A stretch of DNA of 25,320 nucleotides from positions 407,331 through 432,650 of the forward strand of contig RQSC01000004.1 in the NCBI GenBank assembly GCA_013416795.1. Direction: 5' to 3'. Under the pieces are notes generated by a model. The model saw only the letters and a program-made list of their open reading frames with translations, was not told the DNA's origin and made no database searches. Positions 11,485-20,345 of this stretch are shown here, piece after piece. How positions within the stretch are numbered: position 1 is the stretch's first letter; every line of letters begins with the position of its first letter. The DNA is from Prasinococcaceae sp. CCMP 1430. Taxonomy: Eukaryota > Plantae > Prasinodermophyta. The translations under genes and the position numbers were made by a program.

Positions 11485-12195
11485 TCACTGCTCCTCCTCC
11501 TCCTCCGCCTCTTCCAGGCCGCCGAAGGTGTTCTCGCCTGAGTAGCTGATGTACAAGAAGCCATCCTCGTCCTTGTGCTCCTCATACACGGCGCTCATGA
11601 GCGCAGCGGTGGGCGGCAGCACGTTGTTGACGAAGATGAAGATGGCCTTCTCCGGACTGAGCTTGATGCGCTTGCGGATGACGTACCTGGGAGCAAGCGG
11701 GTCAGGGCGCGGCAGGCACCACGCAGGGTCAGCACTCCCACCAGCGCCGTCACCATCACCTGGGGCGCGCGCCTGCGCGGCGGCGATGCGCCCGGCGTCA
11801 CGCGCCACGCACACAAACTGCCCCACGGTGAGGTCCGAGGGGACGAGGTACTTGTGCTTGTCAATGTCGGGGATGTCGCTCTGCGGCGCGCGCGAACGGA
11901 CGCCGCGGGGGCGGTCGGCCGCGACAGCCAGGGCGCGGCGTTCGGCCAAGTTGGCAGGCCAGCGCTCGAGGTCAGCACATGCGCGCGCGGGGTGGGGAAG
12001 GGGTCTGCCCCTTGACCGTCTCAGCGCGCGCGGCCGCGCAAGCGCGTGCGAGAGAGAGAGGGCGCTTGGCGCCGCCCGCGCCCGCACCTTCTCTGACTTC
12101 TCGACGATGACAGGGATGCGGTCAGGATACTTCTCGCGAATGCGCTGCGCCTCCGCCTGGCGCTTCTGCAGGGGATGCTCCTGCTTGAACGCCAT
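11485..12195 (-). CDS. ATG8: Autophagy ubiquitin-like protein ATG8; exons 12195-12088, 11880-11813, 11686-11485 (125 aa)
   Basis: [12 protein letters not shown], [31 protein letters not shown] and [16 protein letters not shown]. Two GT-AG introns (207 and 126 nt) with GTGCGG/GTGCGT donors and GTGCTGAC branch motifs. Confidence 0.97.
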   Translation of the reverse strand: MAFKQEHPLQKRQAEAQRIREKYPDRIPVIVEKSEKVRARAAPSALSLSHALARPRALRRSRGRPLPHPARACADLERWPANLAERRALAVAADRPRGVRSRAPQSDIPDIDKHKYLVPSDLTVGQFVCVARDAGRIAAAQARAPGDGDGAGGSADPAWCLPRPDPLAPRYVIRKRIKLSPEKAIFIFVNNVLPPTAALMSAVYEEHKDEDGFLYISYSGENTFGGLEEAEEEEEQ

Positions 12196-13134
12196 CTCGA
12201 CCGCCCGGCCGCCCGCCCCACTCCTCCCCTTCTGCCCTCCTGCCCGTCTGCTCGCGCCCGCGCAAAAAGAGCGCGCGCCAACGGTGCGCCGCGGAGCCCG
12301 ACCGCGCCTCCTGGCCTCGCTGCTGCCGCCGCCGCGCCGGGGTCGCGTGACCGCGCGGGGGAAGTTCGCGTGCTCGAGCGCGCGCGAGGGGAAGCGGGCG
12401 GAGTGGTTGGGCTGAGAGTCCCCGGGTCTCCGAGCTGCGACCCGCGGTCGGTGGCGCGCGCGTGCGGGCGTGTGCGCTCCCTCCTCGCGCCTCGCGCTCG
12501 GTGTGGCGCGCGCGCGCGCGCGCGCGTGCCAGCGAGGCGCCTTTTCCGCCCAAAACGCGTTGCGGAAAGTCCCCGCGGGACGGAAAACGCGCGCCCGCGC
12601 GACGCGGGCTCTCCCCCCGGACCAAAATTTACTATATTATGGTACCAAACCACGCCCGCCTTGCGCCGTGAACGTCCGGCATCCCCTTGCGAAATCCATC
12701 CGCTTCTGAGATTTACGATGGGATAACGCGCTCAGAACCGCGAAACCGTCCGCGCGCGCCCGCGCGCGCCCCCCCCATCAAAACGCACCCGCGAAAAAAG
12801 AGCGCCGCGCCGCGAGCGCGCGCGCGCGCGCGCGCTTCTTCCCCCCTTCGAAGCCCCTCCTTTGGCCTCGCGGAGCGCCGCGCCGAAAGCGGCGCGAAAA
12901 CGGCGCCGGAGACCCCAACGCGCCCGCACGAGTCGCCGGGACGGAGCCCGCCGCGACCAGCCCGGTCCACCGCGGAAGCTCGGAAGCATCCAAACATAAA
13001 CCCTGTAATGTCATAACCTCAATACTTTGGGGGTAACGAGCGGAGACGGAATTCGGGCGGGGGAGAGACGAAAAAAAAAAAACGCGGGCGCTGCCCCCCG
13101 GGCGCGCGCGCGCGCGCCTCACCCGGCCTGCCAG

Positions 13135-13191
<57 letters not shown>

Positions 13192-13603
13192 TTTGTTTCT
13201 CCGTCCGCGATGCGTCCGCTCCTTCCGCGAGAACGCATCGTCGCCCTCACCTCGCCGGGCGGATGCGGATGTGGATGTGGCGCCCCCTAAACGACACCCG
13301 GTCTCGGCGCGCGCCGCCTCTCGCGAGGGCGCAAAGGTTGGGTGTACCGCCGCGATGGTACAGAAATTACGTACCGTACCCGCGCGACGCGTGGAGATTT
13401 CTCTTTGCCCTTTGTTGTTGGTGCGGTGCGAAGGAGCACATCTGCGAACACGTGCCCACGGGAGAGCTCGAGCCGCGCCGACCGCGTGCGGCGTCGGACG
13501 AGGGGAGGAGGGAGGGGGGGAGCGAGGGGCGGCGCGGCGGCTGCCCCGCGCTGCCCCGCGCTGCGCTGCGTAGGCGCGCGGCGCCGCGGCGCCGCGCGGC
13601 GCC
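12196..13603. promoter_or_regulatory. Divergent promoter/5' UTR region shared by ATG8 and DDX41
   Basis: Head-to-head geometry, (CG)n tracts, A/T runs and an AT-rich TATA-like patch at about 12624-12640. No credible ORF. Confidence 0.55.
13137..13189. repeat. A53 homopolymer (plus A12 at 13071-13082)
   Basis: Direct count. Confidence 0.9.
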
Positions 13604-15565
13604 ATGGCGCTCGCGGCGCGCAACGGCGAGGAGCTCCCCACGATGGCGGACCTGCTCGCCGAGGAGGGCGAATCCGACGGCGAGCGCGAGCGGGCGGTGG
13701 GGGCGGACGGCGGCGGCGAGGGCGAGTATGTGCCGATCAAGCGGCGGCGCATGCTTGAGCAGCAGACGCGCCTCGCGCGCCTCGGCGACAAGGCGGGCGC
13801 TGCGGCGGCCGAGGCCGCGCTCAAGGCGGGCGCCATGGCCGCCAGGGCGCAGGCGCGCGAGGGCGCGGCGCGGGGCGAGGGCGGCCACGCCGGCGCGCAG
13901 GGGGCGGGGGCGGACGAAGGGAACGAGCGCGACGCGCACACGTCGCTGCTGCTCAAGGCGGCCAAGCTGCGGGAAGTGGCGCCCATGGAGACCCCCGCGC
14001 AGAAGCTGCTGCGCGAGGAGAACGAGCTCTTCAAGGAGGTGACCGAGAAGCGCGCGCTCATGTCCGCGCAGGAGCTCGCGCACGACGTCAAGTACGACAA
14101 GGCGCTCGACACCGGGTGGCGGCCACCCAGCAAGTTTCGCGGCATGACGGAGGGAGACCACCAGGCGGTGCGCGACAAGTTCTACATCCTGACGGAGGGC
14201 AAGCGGCTGCCGCCGCCGATCCAAAGGTTCGAGGACATGCGCTTCCCGCCGTCCATCATGTCTGCGCTGAAGGAGCGCGGCATCCTGCGGCCGACGCCCA
14301 TTCAGATGCAGGCGCTGCCGTCGATCCTCTCGGGGCGCGACACCATCGGCATCGCGTTCACCGGCAGCGGCAAGTCGCTTGCGTTCATCCTGCCAATGGT
14401 GATGACCGCGCTGCAGGGGGAGCGCGCGCTCCCGCTCGAGGAGGGGGAGGGGCCTTTCGGCATGGTGGTGTGCCCCAGCCGAGAGCTTGCGCGCCAGTCG
14501 GAGGAGATAGTGCGGCACTTCGCCGAACACCTCGTGAAGGAGGGCATGCCCGAGCTGCGCTGCATGCTGTGCATCGGCGGCATGGACGCGCGCGAGCAGT
14601 CGGACGTCGTCCGGCGCGGCGTGCACTGCGTGGTCGCCACGCCCGGTCGCCTGAAGGACCTGCTCATCAAGCGCAGGATGAACCTCGACGTGTGCAAATA
14701 CTTCTGCCTGGACGAGGCCGACCGCATGCTCGACATGGGTTTCGAGGACGACATCCGCGAGATCTTCACGTTCTTCAAGTCGCAGCGCCAGACGATCCTC
14801 TTCTCGGCGACCATGCCCGAGAAGATCCACAAGTTCGCGGAGACCGCGCTCGTCGACCCGATCGTCGTCAACGTCGGTCGCGCGGGTGCGGCCAACCTGG
14901 ACGTGATCCAGGAGATCGAGTACGTGAAGGAGGAAGCGAAGATCACGCACATCCTCGAGTGCCTGCAGAAGTCGCCTCCGCCGGTGCTCGTCTTCGCCGA
15001 GAAGACGGGCGTGGTCGACAACATCCACGAGTACCTGCTGCTCAAGGGCATCGAGGCGGTGGCCATTCACGGCGCCAAGGATCAGGAGGACCGGTCTGCC
15101 GCCATCGACGCCTTCAAGGCGGGCAAGGCCGACGTGCTCGTTGCCACGGACGTGGCCGGAAAAGGTCTCGACTTTCCGAACATCTCGCACGTCATCAACT
15201 ACGAGCTGCCCGCAGAGATTGAGAACTACGTGCATCGCATCGGCCGTACTGGCCGCGCGGGCAAGACGGGCATCGCGACGACCTTCATCAACAAGAACCA
15301 GTCGGAGACCATCCTGCTCGACCTCAAGCACCTGCTGCAGGAAGCCAAGCAGCGCATCCCGCCCGTGCTCATGATGCTGGAGGACCCCAACGACATTTCC
15401 CACGAGATGGTCGCGCTGGGCGGCCACAAGGGCTGCTTGTTCTGCGGCGGCCTCGGCCATCGCATCCACCAGTGCCCCAAGCTGGCCAACGAGACTGAGC
15501 AGCGCGTGGCCGGCGCCGCCCGCAGGGACTTCTTCGGCGCAGACGGCTATGGTGGCGAGATGTAG
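13604..15565 (+). CDS. DDX41: DEAD-box RNA helicase DDX41/Abstrakt (RH35-like), 653 aa, intronless
   Basis: Q motif (PTPIQMQ), motif I AFTGSGKS, PSRELA, TPGRL, DEADRM, SAT, HRIGRTGR, and a C-terminal CCHC knuckle CLFCGGLGHRIHQC typical of DDX41. Confidence 0.96.
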   Translation: MALAARNGEELPTMADLLAEEGESDGERERAVGADGGGEGEYVPIKRRRMLEQQTRLARLGDKAGAAAAEAALKAGAMAARAQAREGAARGEGGHAGAQGAGADEGNERDAHTSLLLKAAKLREVAPMETPAQKLLREENELFKEVTEKRALMSAQELAHDVKYDKALDTGWRPPSKFRGMTEGDHQAVRDKFYILTEGKRLPPPIQRFEDMRFPPSIMSALKERGILRPTPIQMQALPSILSGRDTIGIAFTGSGKSLAFILPMVMTALQGERALPLEEGEGPFGMVVCPSRELARQSEEIVRHFAEHLVKEGMPELRCMLCIGGMDAREQSDVVRRGVHCVVATPGRLKDLLIKRRMNLDVCKYFCLDEADRMLDMGFEDDIREIFTFFKSQRQTILFSATMPEKIHKFAETALVDPIVVNVGRAGAANLDVIQEIEYVKEEAKITHILECLQKSPPPVLVFAEKTGVVDNIHEYLLLKGIEAVAIHGAKDQEDRSAAIDAFKAGKADVLVATDVAGKGLDFPNISHVINYELPAEIENYVHRIGRTGRAGKTGIATTFINKNQSETILLDLKHLLQEAKQRIPPVLMMLEDPNDISHEMVALGGHKGCLFCGGLGHRIHQCPKLANETEQRVAGAARRDFFGADGYGGEM

Positions 15566-15707
15566 GGCGCATCTTTCCGCCCCCGTAACTCTAATATCAT
15601 TGGAACACGGCAGTCCTGTGCGTGCGCGTGGATTTTTGTTGCGATTTTACTTGTTGTACAGAGAGAAGCTCCACGGCACGCGCGCGCAGCGCGTGGCCCC
15701 GCGGCGC

Positions 15708-16423
15708 TCACGAGTACTGCACGATCTTCAGCTTGAAGACAGCGAAGGCAGCGACAGCCTCGAGGAACGCCGGCACCACCGAGCAGAACGAGAAAATCCA
15801 GGCGAACGACCGCACGCGCCAGTGCGCCGCCAGGTACAGCGCGGTGAGCACGAAGCCGAAGAAGTGCAGCAGCGTGGAGAGCGCGTTGATCTTGGGCAGG
15901 AACAGCGACACGCCCGCAAACACGCCGACGAGCTCAACCGCAAAAAGCGCGAGAGACGCGCCCACTATGGACTCCAGCCAGTCCTCGTCGTCGCTCAGCT
16001 GCGCGGCGGTCGACGTCGCAGGCTCTGCGCGCACAACCTTCATCGGCGCACAACCAGCGACGTGCGCGGCTGTCAGCACAGCACGGAGGCCGCCGGGGCG
16101 CGTCTGTCGTAGTGCGCTGGCGCACGCGGCGTGCGCGGCACCTCCAAGCGAGGGTCGCGGAAACGATGCGACACTGCTCACGGCTGGCGAGCGCTGCCGC
16201 GCGTGCTGCCGCGCTTCGACGCCACTCTGCGCGCACGAAGGGGCATGCGCGGGAGCACGCGCCGGCTCGCGCGGGCGCGGACGGCCGCGCGCGCGCGCAT
16301 GCAGCAGCACTTGGCGCGACGCACCGTGCCGGCGAGATCGTAGGCCGCCGTCATGACGAGCACGAGGTGCGCGACGACCGTCAGAAAGCGCGCTGGCAGG
16401 AGGATCTCCTCGCGGGACGGCAT
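15708..16423 (-). CDS. TMEM107: TMEM107 ciliary transition-zone membrane protein; exons 16423-16325 and 16037-15708 (142 aa)
   Basis: LLPARFLTVVAHLV, LALFAVELVGVFAGVSLF and WIFSFCSVVPAFLE parallel human TMEM107 (VPSRFLTLLAHLV, LGLFAVELAGFLSGVSMF, YIFVFCSALPAVTE) as recalled. The 287-nt intron has a GTGCGT donor, GTGCTGAC branch motif and an in-phase AAG acceptor. Confidence 0.88.
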
Positions 16424-16728
16424 GATTGCCACTGGGCGGGCGGCGCGCGGACGCGCGTTCAGGGCGGGGCGCAGGAGGGGGGAAGAATGCGAGGGGAACG
16501 GGGCAGCTCGCCGGCCGCACGCGCTTGAGCGCTTGAGCGCTTGGGCGCGGGGGTCGCCGCCTCGCGCCCGCAACGCGCGCGTCGCGCCGCCCCCGCTGTG
16601 GCGTCGCCGCGGCCTCGCGGGCGGGCCCACACGCCCACCCCCCGCCCGCGCGCGCGCGCGCAGTTTTCACTTTTCAAAAAGCGCCGCTGCCTCGCCCGCC
16701 CGCTCGCTCGCGCCGCTCGGGGAACGCC

Positions 16729-16820
16729 GCGGGAAAAAGAAGACGGACCCTAAAAGTAAACCGAATGGGCGATGGAAAACCCAAAGCCTGCGTCGCCGTT
16801 TCCCGCCCGCGCGCGCGAAA
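16729..16820. promoter_or_regulatory. Cluster of three canonical E2F-type sites upstream of POLA2
   Basis: GCGGGAAA at 16729-16736, TTTCCCGC at 16799-16806 and GCGCGAAA at 16813-16820. Confidence 0.55.
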
Positions 16821-16981
16821 AAAAATTTTCGGCGGCGCGGCGCGGAGCAGGCAGTGGGGGCGCGCGGGGCGACGGCGGGGAGGGCGAGGCAGGAGGGGAG
16901 CGGGCGGGAGGGCGCCACAGCAGCGCGTGGGGGTGGGGTATGGCCGGGGTATATGTGTCCGGAGCGGCGCGGGTGGCGGCG

Positions 16982-18790
16982 ATGGCGGACGTCGAAGACG
17001 TGCGCGCGGCGTTCGACGACCTCGACTTCGAGCTCGACGCGGCAGGCCTCGCCGTGGCGGCGTCGCTGTGCGGCCACTATGGCCTCAGCGCCGACGACCT
17101 CGCGGCGCAGTGGGAGGCGTTTGCCTACAACAAGGGGCACAAGGCGGTGAGCTCGGCGCTGCTCGAGGAGCTCGCGGAGGACATCCAGCGGCAAAAGGCC
17201 AAGGAGCGCGCGGCGAGCGGTGGGTTCCGGACCATGGACACCATGGAATTCATCGGGGCGACCACCCCCGGGAGCCTGCGCACGACCACCACCGGCGGCT
17301 CGCGGCGCGTGTCCATGACCAGTCCGCTGCCGAACGCGGCGGCCGCCATCGAGGCCGCGGCGCCCGCCGGCGCGGCGCCCTCGTGCCACAAGGACGGCGC
17401 GCTCGCCGCGGCTGAGCACTCGCCGTTCGCGAAACGCTCGGGGGCGCTCGGGATCATGGCGACGCTCGGTGCGGAGGCGATGGGCGCGCCGCCCGCGGAC
17501 GCGGGCACCGGGGCAACGGAGACCAACGCGGTCGAGTTCGTGCGCGTCGCTGACGTTGGTCTCGGCGCCGACGCCCGCTTCCTGTACGAGCGCCTTGAGG
17601 ACAAGGTGGAGTATGTCCAGGCGCGCATCGCGGCGTTCGAGGCGGCCCTGCAGGCCGCGACGAGCGTGAGCACCGATTGGCCGGTGTACGCGGCGACGGC
17701 TGGTGAGGAGGCCGTGGTGGTCGTCGGGCGCATCGTTGTGGACGGGGACGAGGGCCGGCTCAACGCGGCGTCGGTGCTGCTGGAGGGGTCGGTGCGCCAC
17801 TCGGGGGGGCAACGCGTGAAGGTCGGTCTCGACAAGCTCGAGTCGTTCTCGCTCTTCCCCGGGCAGATCGTGGCGCTCGAGGGGCACAACCCGTCGGGCT
17901 TCATGTTCATGCCGACCAAGGTGTACGCGGGCGTGGCGCCGCCCGCGCCCAATGCAGCGGAGGGCGCCGGGGCCGACGCGTCTGCTGACGTGGTGGTCGC
18001 CGCCGGGCCGTACACGTCGCCGTCGGACCTCGGCTACGAGGCCCTCGACGCGCTGCTCGCGTACTGTGCAAAGGCTCGCCCCTCGCAGCTCATGCTGCTG
18101 GGGCCCTTCGTGGACGAGAACCACACCGCGATCAAGACTGGCCTCATCGAGGTCACCTTCGAGGAGCTCTTCCGCCGTCAGGTGCTCGAGCGCTGCCGCG
18201 AAGCGCTCGCCGGCACGGGTGTGCGCGTGGGCGTCGCGCCGAGCACGCGCGACGTTCACTCCGCGCCTGCCTTCCCGCAGCCGCCCATGGTGCTGCCGCC
18301 GGCTGCCGCGTCGCCCGCTGCCGCGGTGGACAGCCTGCCCAATCCGGCGCTGGTGCGCGCTGGCGGCCTCACGCTCGGCGCGTGCTCGGCGGACATCATC
18401 CGCCAGCTCGCCGGCGAGGAGGTGAGCAAGAACCCCGCGACCAAGGACCGCATGACGCGGCTGGCGTCGCACATCCTGCTGCAGCGATCGTTCTACCCGA
18501 TCTACCCCGCCGCCATCGGCTCCATGCTTGACACAACGCACGCCGCGCACTTCGCCGTGCCCGCGAGGCCCGACGTGCTCCTCCTGCCGTCGGACATCGC
18601 GCCGTTTGCCAAGCTTGTGGGCTCGGACGCGCTCGGCGGCACAGGGGCCGCCGTGGCGGCTGTCAACCCGGGCAGGCTGATGAAGGGGCCCTCGGGTGGC
18701 ACCTTCGCGCGCATCCGCTACGCGGGCGCCAAGGAGGGCGCCGCCAGCGCGCCCTCCGAGCGCACACGCGTGGACATACTGCGCATCTAG
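16982..18790 (+). CDS. POLA2: DNA polymerase alpha subunit B (602 aa from ATG 16982), intronless
   Basis: VVVVGRIVVDGDEGRLNAASVLLEGS, SFSLFPGQIVALEGHNPSG, VVAAGPYT, LMLLGPFVD, PSTRDVH, PAFPQPP, QRSFYPIYP, PDVLLLPSD and VNPGRL. ATG 16940 is an alternative start. Confidence 0.95.
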   Translation: MADVEDVRAAFDDLDFELDAAGLAVAASLCGHYGLSADDLAAQWEAFAYNKGHKAVSSALLEELAEDIQRQKAKERAASGGFRTMDTMEFIGATTPGSLRTTTTGGSRRVSMTSPLPNAAAAIEAAAPAGAAPSCHKDGALAAAEHSPFAKRSGALGIMATLGAEAMGAPPADAGTGATETNAVEFVRVADVGLGADARFLYERLEDKVEYVQARIAAFEAALQAATSVSTDWPVYAATAGEEAVVVVGRIVVDGDEGRLNAASVLLEGSVRHSGGQRVKVGLDKLESFSLFPGQIVALEGHNPSGFMFMPTKVYAGVAPPAPNAAEGAGADASADVVVAAGPYTSPSDLGYEALDALLAYCAKARPSQLMLLGPFVDENHTAIKTGLIEVTFEELFRRQVLERCREALAGTGVRVGVAPSTRDVHSAPAFPQPPMVLPPAAASPAAAVDSLPNPALVRAGGLTLGACSADIIRQLAGEEVSKNPATKDRMTRLASHILLQRSFYPIYPAAIGSMLDTTHAAHFAVPARPDVLLLPSDIAPFAKLVGSDALGGTGAAVAAVNPGRLMKGPSGGTFARIRYAGAKEGAASAPSERTRVDILRI

Positions 18791-18823
18791 ATAGCTAGGG
18801 TGCGTGTGCGGCTCGGCCTGGCA

Positions 18824-18828
18824 TGTAA
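18824..18828 (+). terminator. Candidate TGTAA polyadenylation signal for POLA2
   Basis: TGTAA 34 nt after the stop. TGTAA is the established chlorophyte poly(A) signal. Confidence 0.4.
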
Positions 18829-18924
18829 GGCACGGCCATCCGTTCGGGGCGCGCTCCTGCTCCACGCGGCGCGCAGCGCAGCACGCGAAGGCCTGCGGCT
18901 GGGAAGCGTGATTTCGACACGTTA

Positions 18925-19851
18925 CTAATTCGCCTTGGTGTCCTTGTCGTTCCGCTTGTAGTCCGGGAAGATGTGCGCCATGTTCATAAAGGCGACCATC
19001 ATGAAGTTGTAGTCAACCAATTTGCCCAGCAGCCGGAAGAAGATGGCCACGCCGCCGATGTCGCGCCAGCTGCAGTAGCCGATGCACTTGAAGACCTCGT
19101 CGGGCAGCTCCTCGGCGGGCACGGAGAACTTCTTAAAGAACTCCATGAGGTCGATCTTGGCGGTGGTCTTGTCGTAGAAGCGCGACGCCACCGGCGACGG
19201 GTGCCAGGCGAGCACGTCGATTCCCTTGGACTTGACCTCGGCGGCGATGGACGCGGCGAAAGTCGAGACAAAGGCCTTGGTGGACGCGTACATCGCAGCG
19301 AACGCGCCCGGCATGTACGCGGCCGCGCTCGAGGTGAACACCACGCAGCCCTTGAGCTTCTTCTCTGTCATGCGCGTGAGGAAGAGGTGCGTGATGCCCA
19401 CGCACGCCACGGCGTTGCACTCGACGTTGGCGGCGAGCTTTGCGAGCGGCGTCTGGTGGAAGAAACCCGCCACGATAAACCCCGCGTTATTGAACACGCA
19501 TTGCACGTCGATCTTCTCGGTGGCAGCGGCGATGGTCTCGAGGTAGCCCGGCGCGCCGAGGTTCACGCCCACGCGCATGAAGCGCACATCGGGGTACTCC
19601 TCGCTGAGCTCCTTGTGCGCGGTGTCGAGCAGCGGCTCGTCGATGGCGACGAGCACCACGCTGAGCCCCTGGCTCGCGAGCCGCGCGGCGAGCGCGCGGC
19701 CGATGCCGCTCGACGCGCCCGTCACGAGCGCCCACTCGGCGTCGTACTTCTTCTTGAGGTCCTGCACGGGCAGCAGCGTCGCCGCCGCCTGCGGCAGCGC
19801 GTAGCCGAGCACGACGAAGAGCACGAGGCCCACGCACACGCCGCAAAGCAT
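18925..19851 (-). CDS. Short-chain dehydrogenase/reductase, KCR/17beta-HSD12-like, with N-terminal membrane anchor (308 aa)
   Basis: Hydrophobic N-terminus, WALVTGASSGIG (TGxxxGxG), NNAG, and catalytic S...YASTK (YxxxK). Confidence 0.88.
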   Translation of the reverse strand: MLCGVCVGLVLFVVLGYALPQAAATLLPVQDLKKKYDAEWALVTGASSGIGRALAARLASQGLSVVLVAIDEPLLDTAHKELSEEYPDVRFMRVGVNLGAPGYLETIAAATEKIDVQCVFNNAGFIVAGFFHQTPLAKLAANVECNAVACVGITHLFLTRMTEKKLKGCVVFTSSAAAYMPGAFAAMYASTKAFVSTFAASIAAEVKSKGIDVLAWHPSPVASRFYDKTTAKIDLMEFFKKFSVPAEELPDEVFKCIGYCSWRDIGGVAIFFRLLGKLVDYNFMMVAFMNMAHIFPDYKRNDKDTKAN

Positions 19852-20345
19852 CGCGCCCGACGCGCGATGAGCGGACTGTGGGAGGCGGAGCGGGGTGGGG
19901 CGGGGGGCAGGCGGGCGCGGAGCGCGCGCGCCGTGTGGGGCCGCGAGCTGCGCCTCGGCGCAGGACCGGGCGGCGATCGGCCGCGCGTGCACGGGATTTG
20001 ATTTGTGTTAGGGTTGCCGTGGGCGCGATTTCGGTTTCGTGTGTAGGGTTAACTCGCGCCGTTTCGTACGAATTCGTAACGAGTCTCGACGTTTCGTGTT
20101 CCCCACCAAACACATCACAGCACGCGTCCCAAGCCCGTGGGAGGCAAGCCGGCAGGCGTGCCTGCCGCGCCTCAGCGCGCGGGAGGGTGTGGGTGGGCGG
20201 GGCCATTGCGGGGAGGAGCGCCACACGACGTCGCGGAGCTGCGCGGGGCTGCGGCTCCTCGAGCGGCGCGGGTGCATGCGGTAGCATCCGGCGCGGCAGG
20301 CTGCCGCGCCCCGGCGCCCGTCCGAACCGGCGGAGGCGCACGCCG

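Noticed and set aside
12985-13060. TAAACCCT (12997-13004) as a telomerase RNA template or other ncRNA
   Set aside because: It is only an 8-nt match, with no visible Pol III terminator or recognisable snRNA promoter. A telo-box-like or chance motif is more likely.
13367-15469. 700-aa minus-strand ORF (also 16667-18865, 1062-2942, 18973-20001 and many others)
   Set aside because: These are antisense or off-frame shadows of well-supported genes. High GC3 suppresses stops and the products are R/A/G-rich with no motifs.
16772-16981. N-terminal ORF extensions of POLA2 (also 19878-20345 for the J-protein and 19852-19992 for the SDR)
   Set aside because: They are low-complexity translations of promoter/UTR sequence, and family-like sequence begins at the downstream ATGs.
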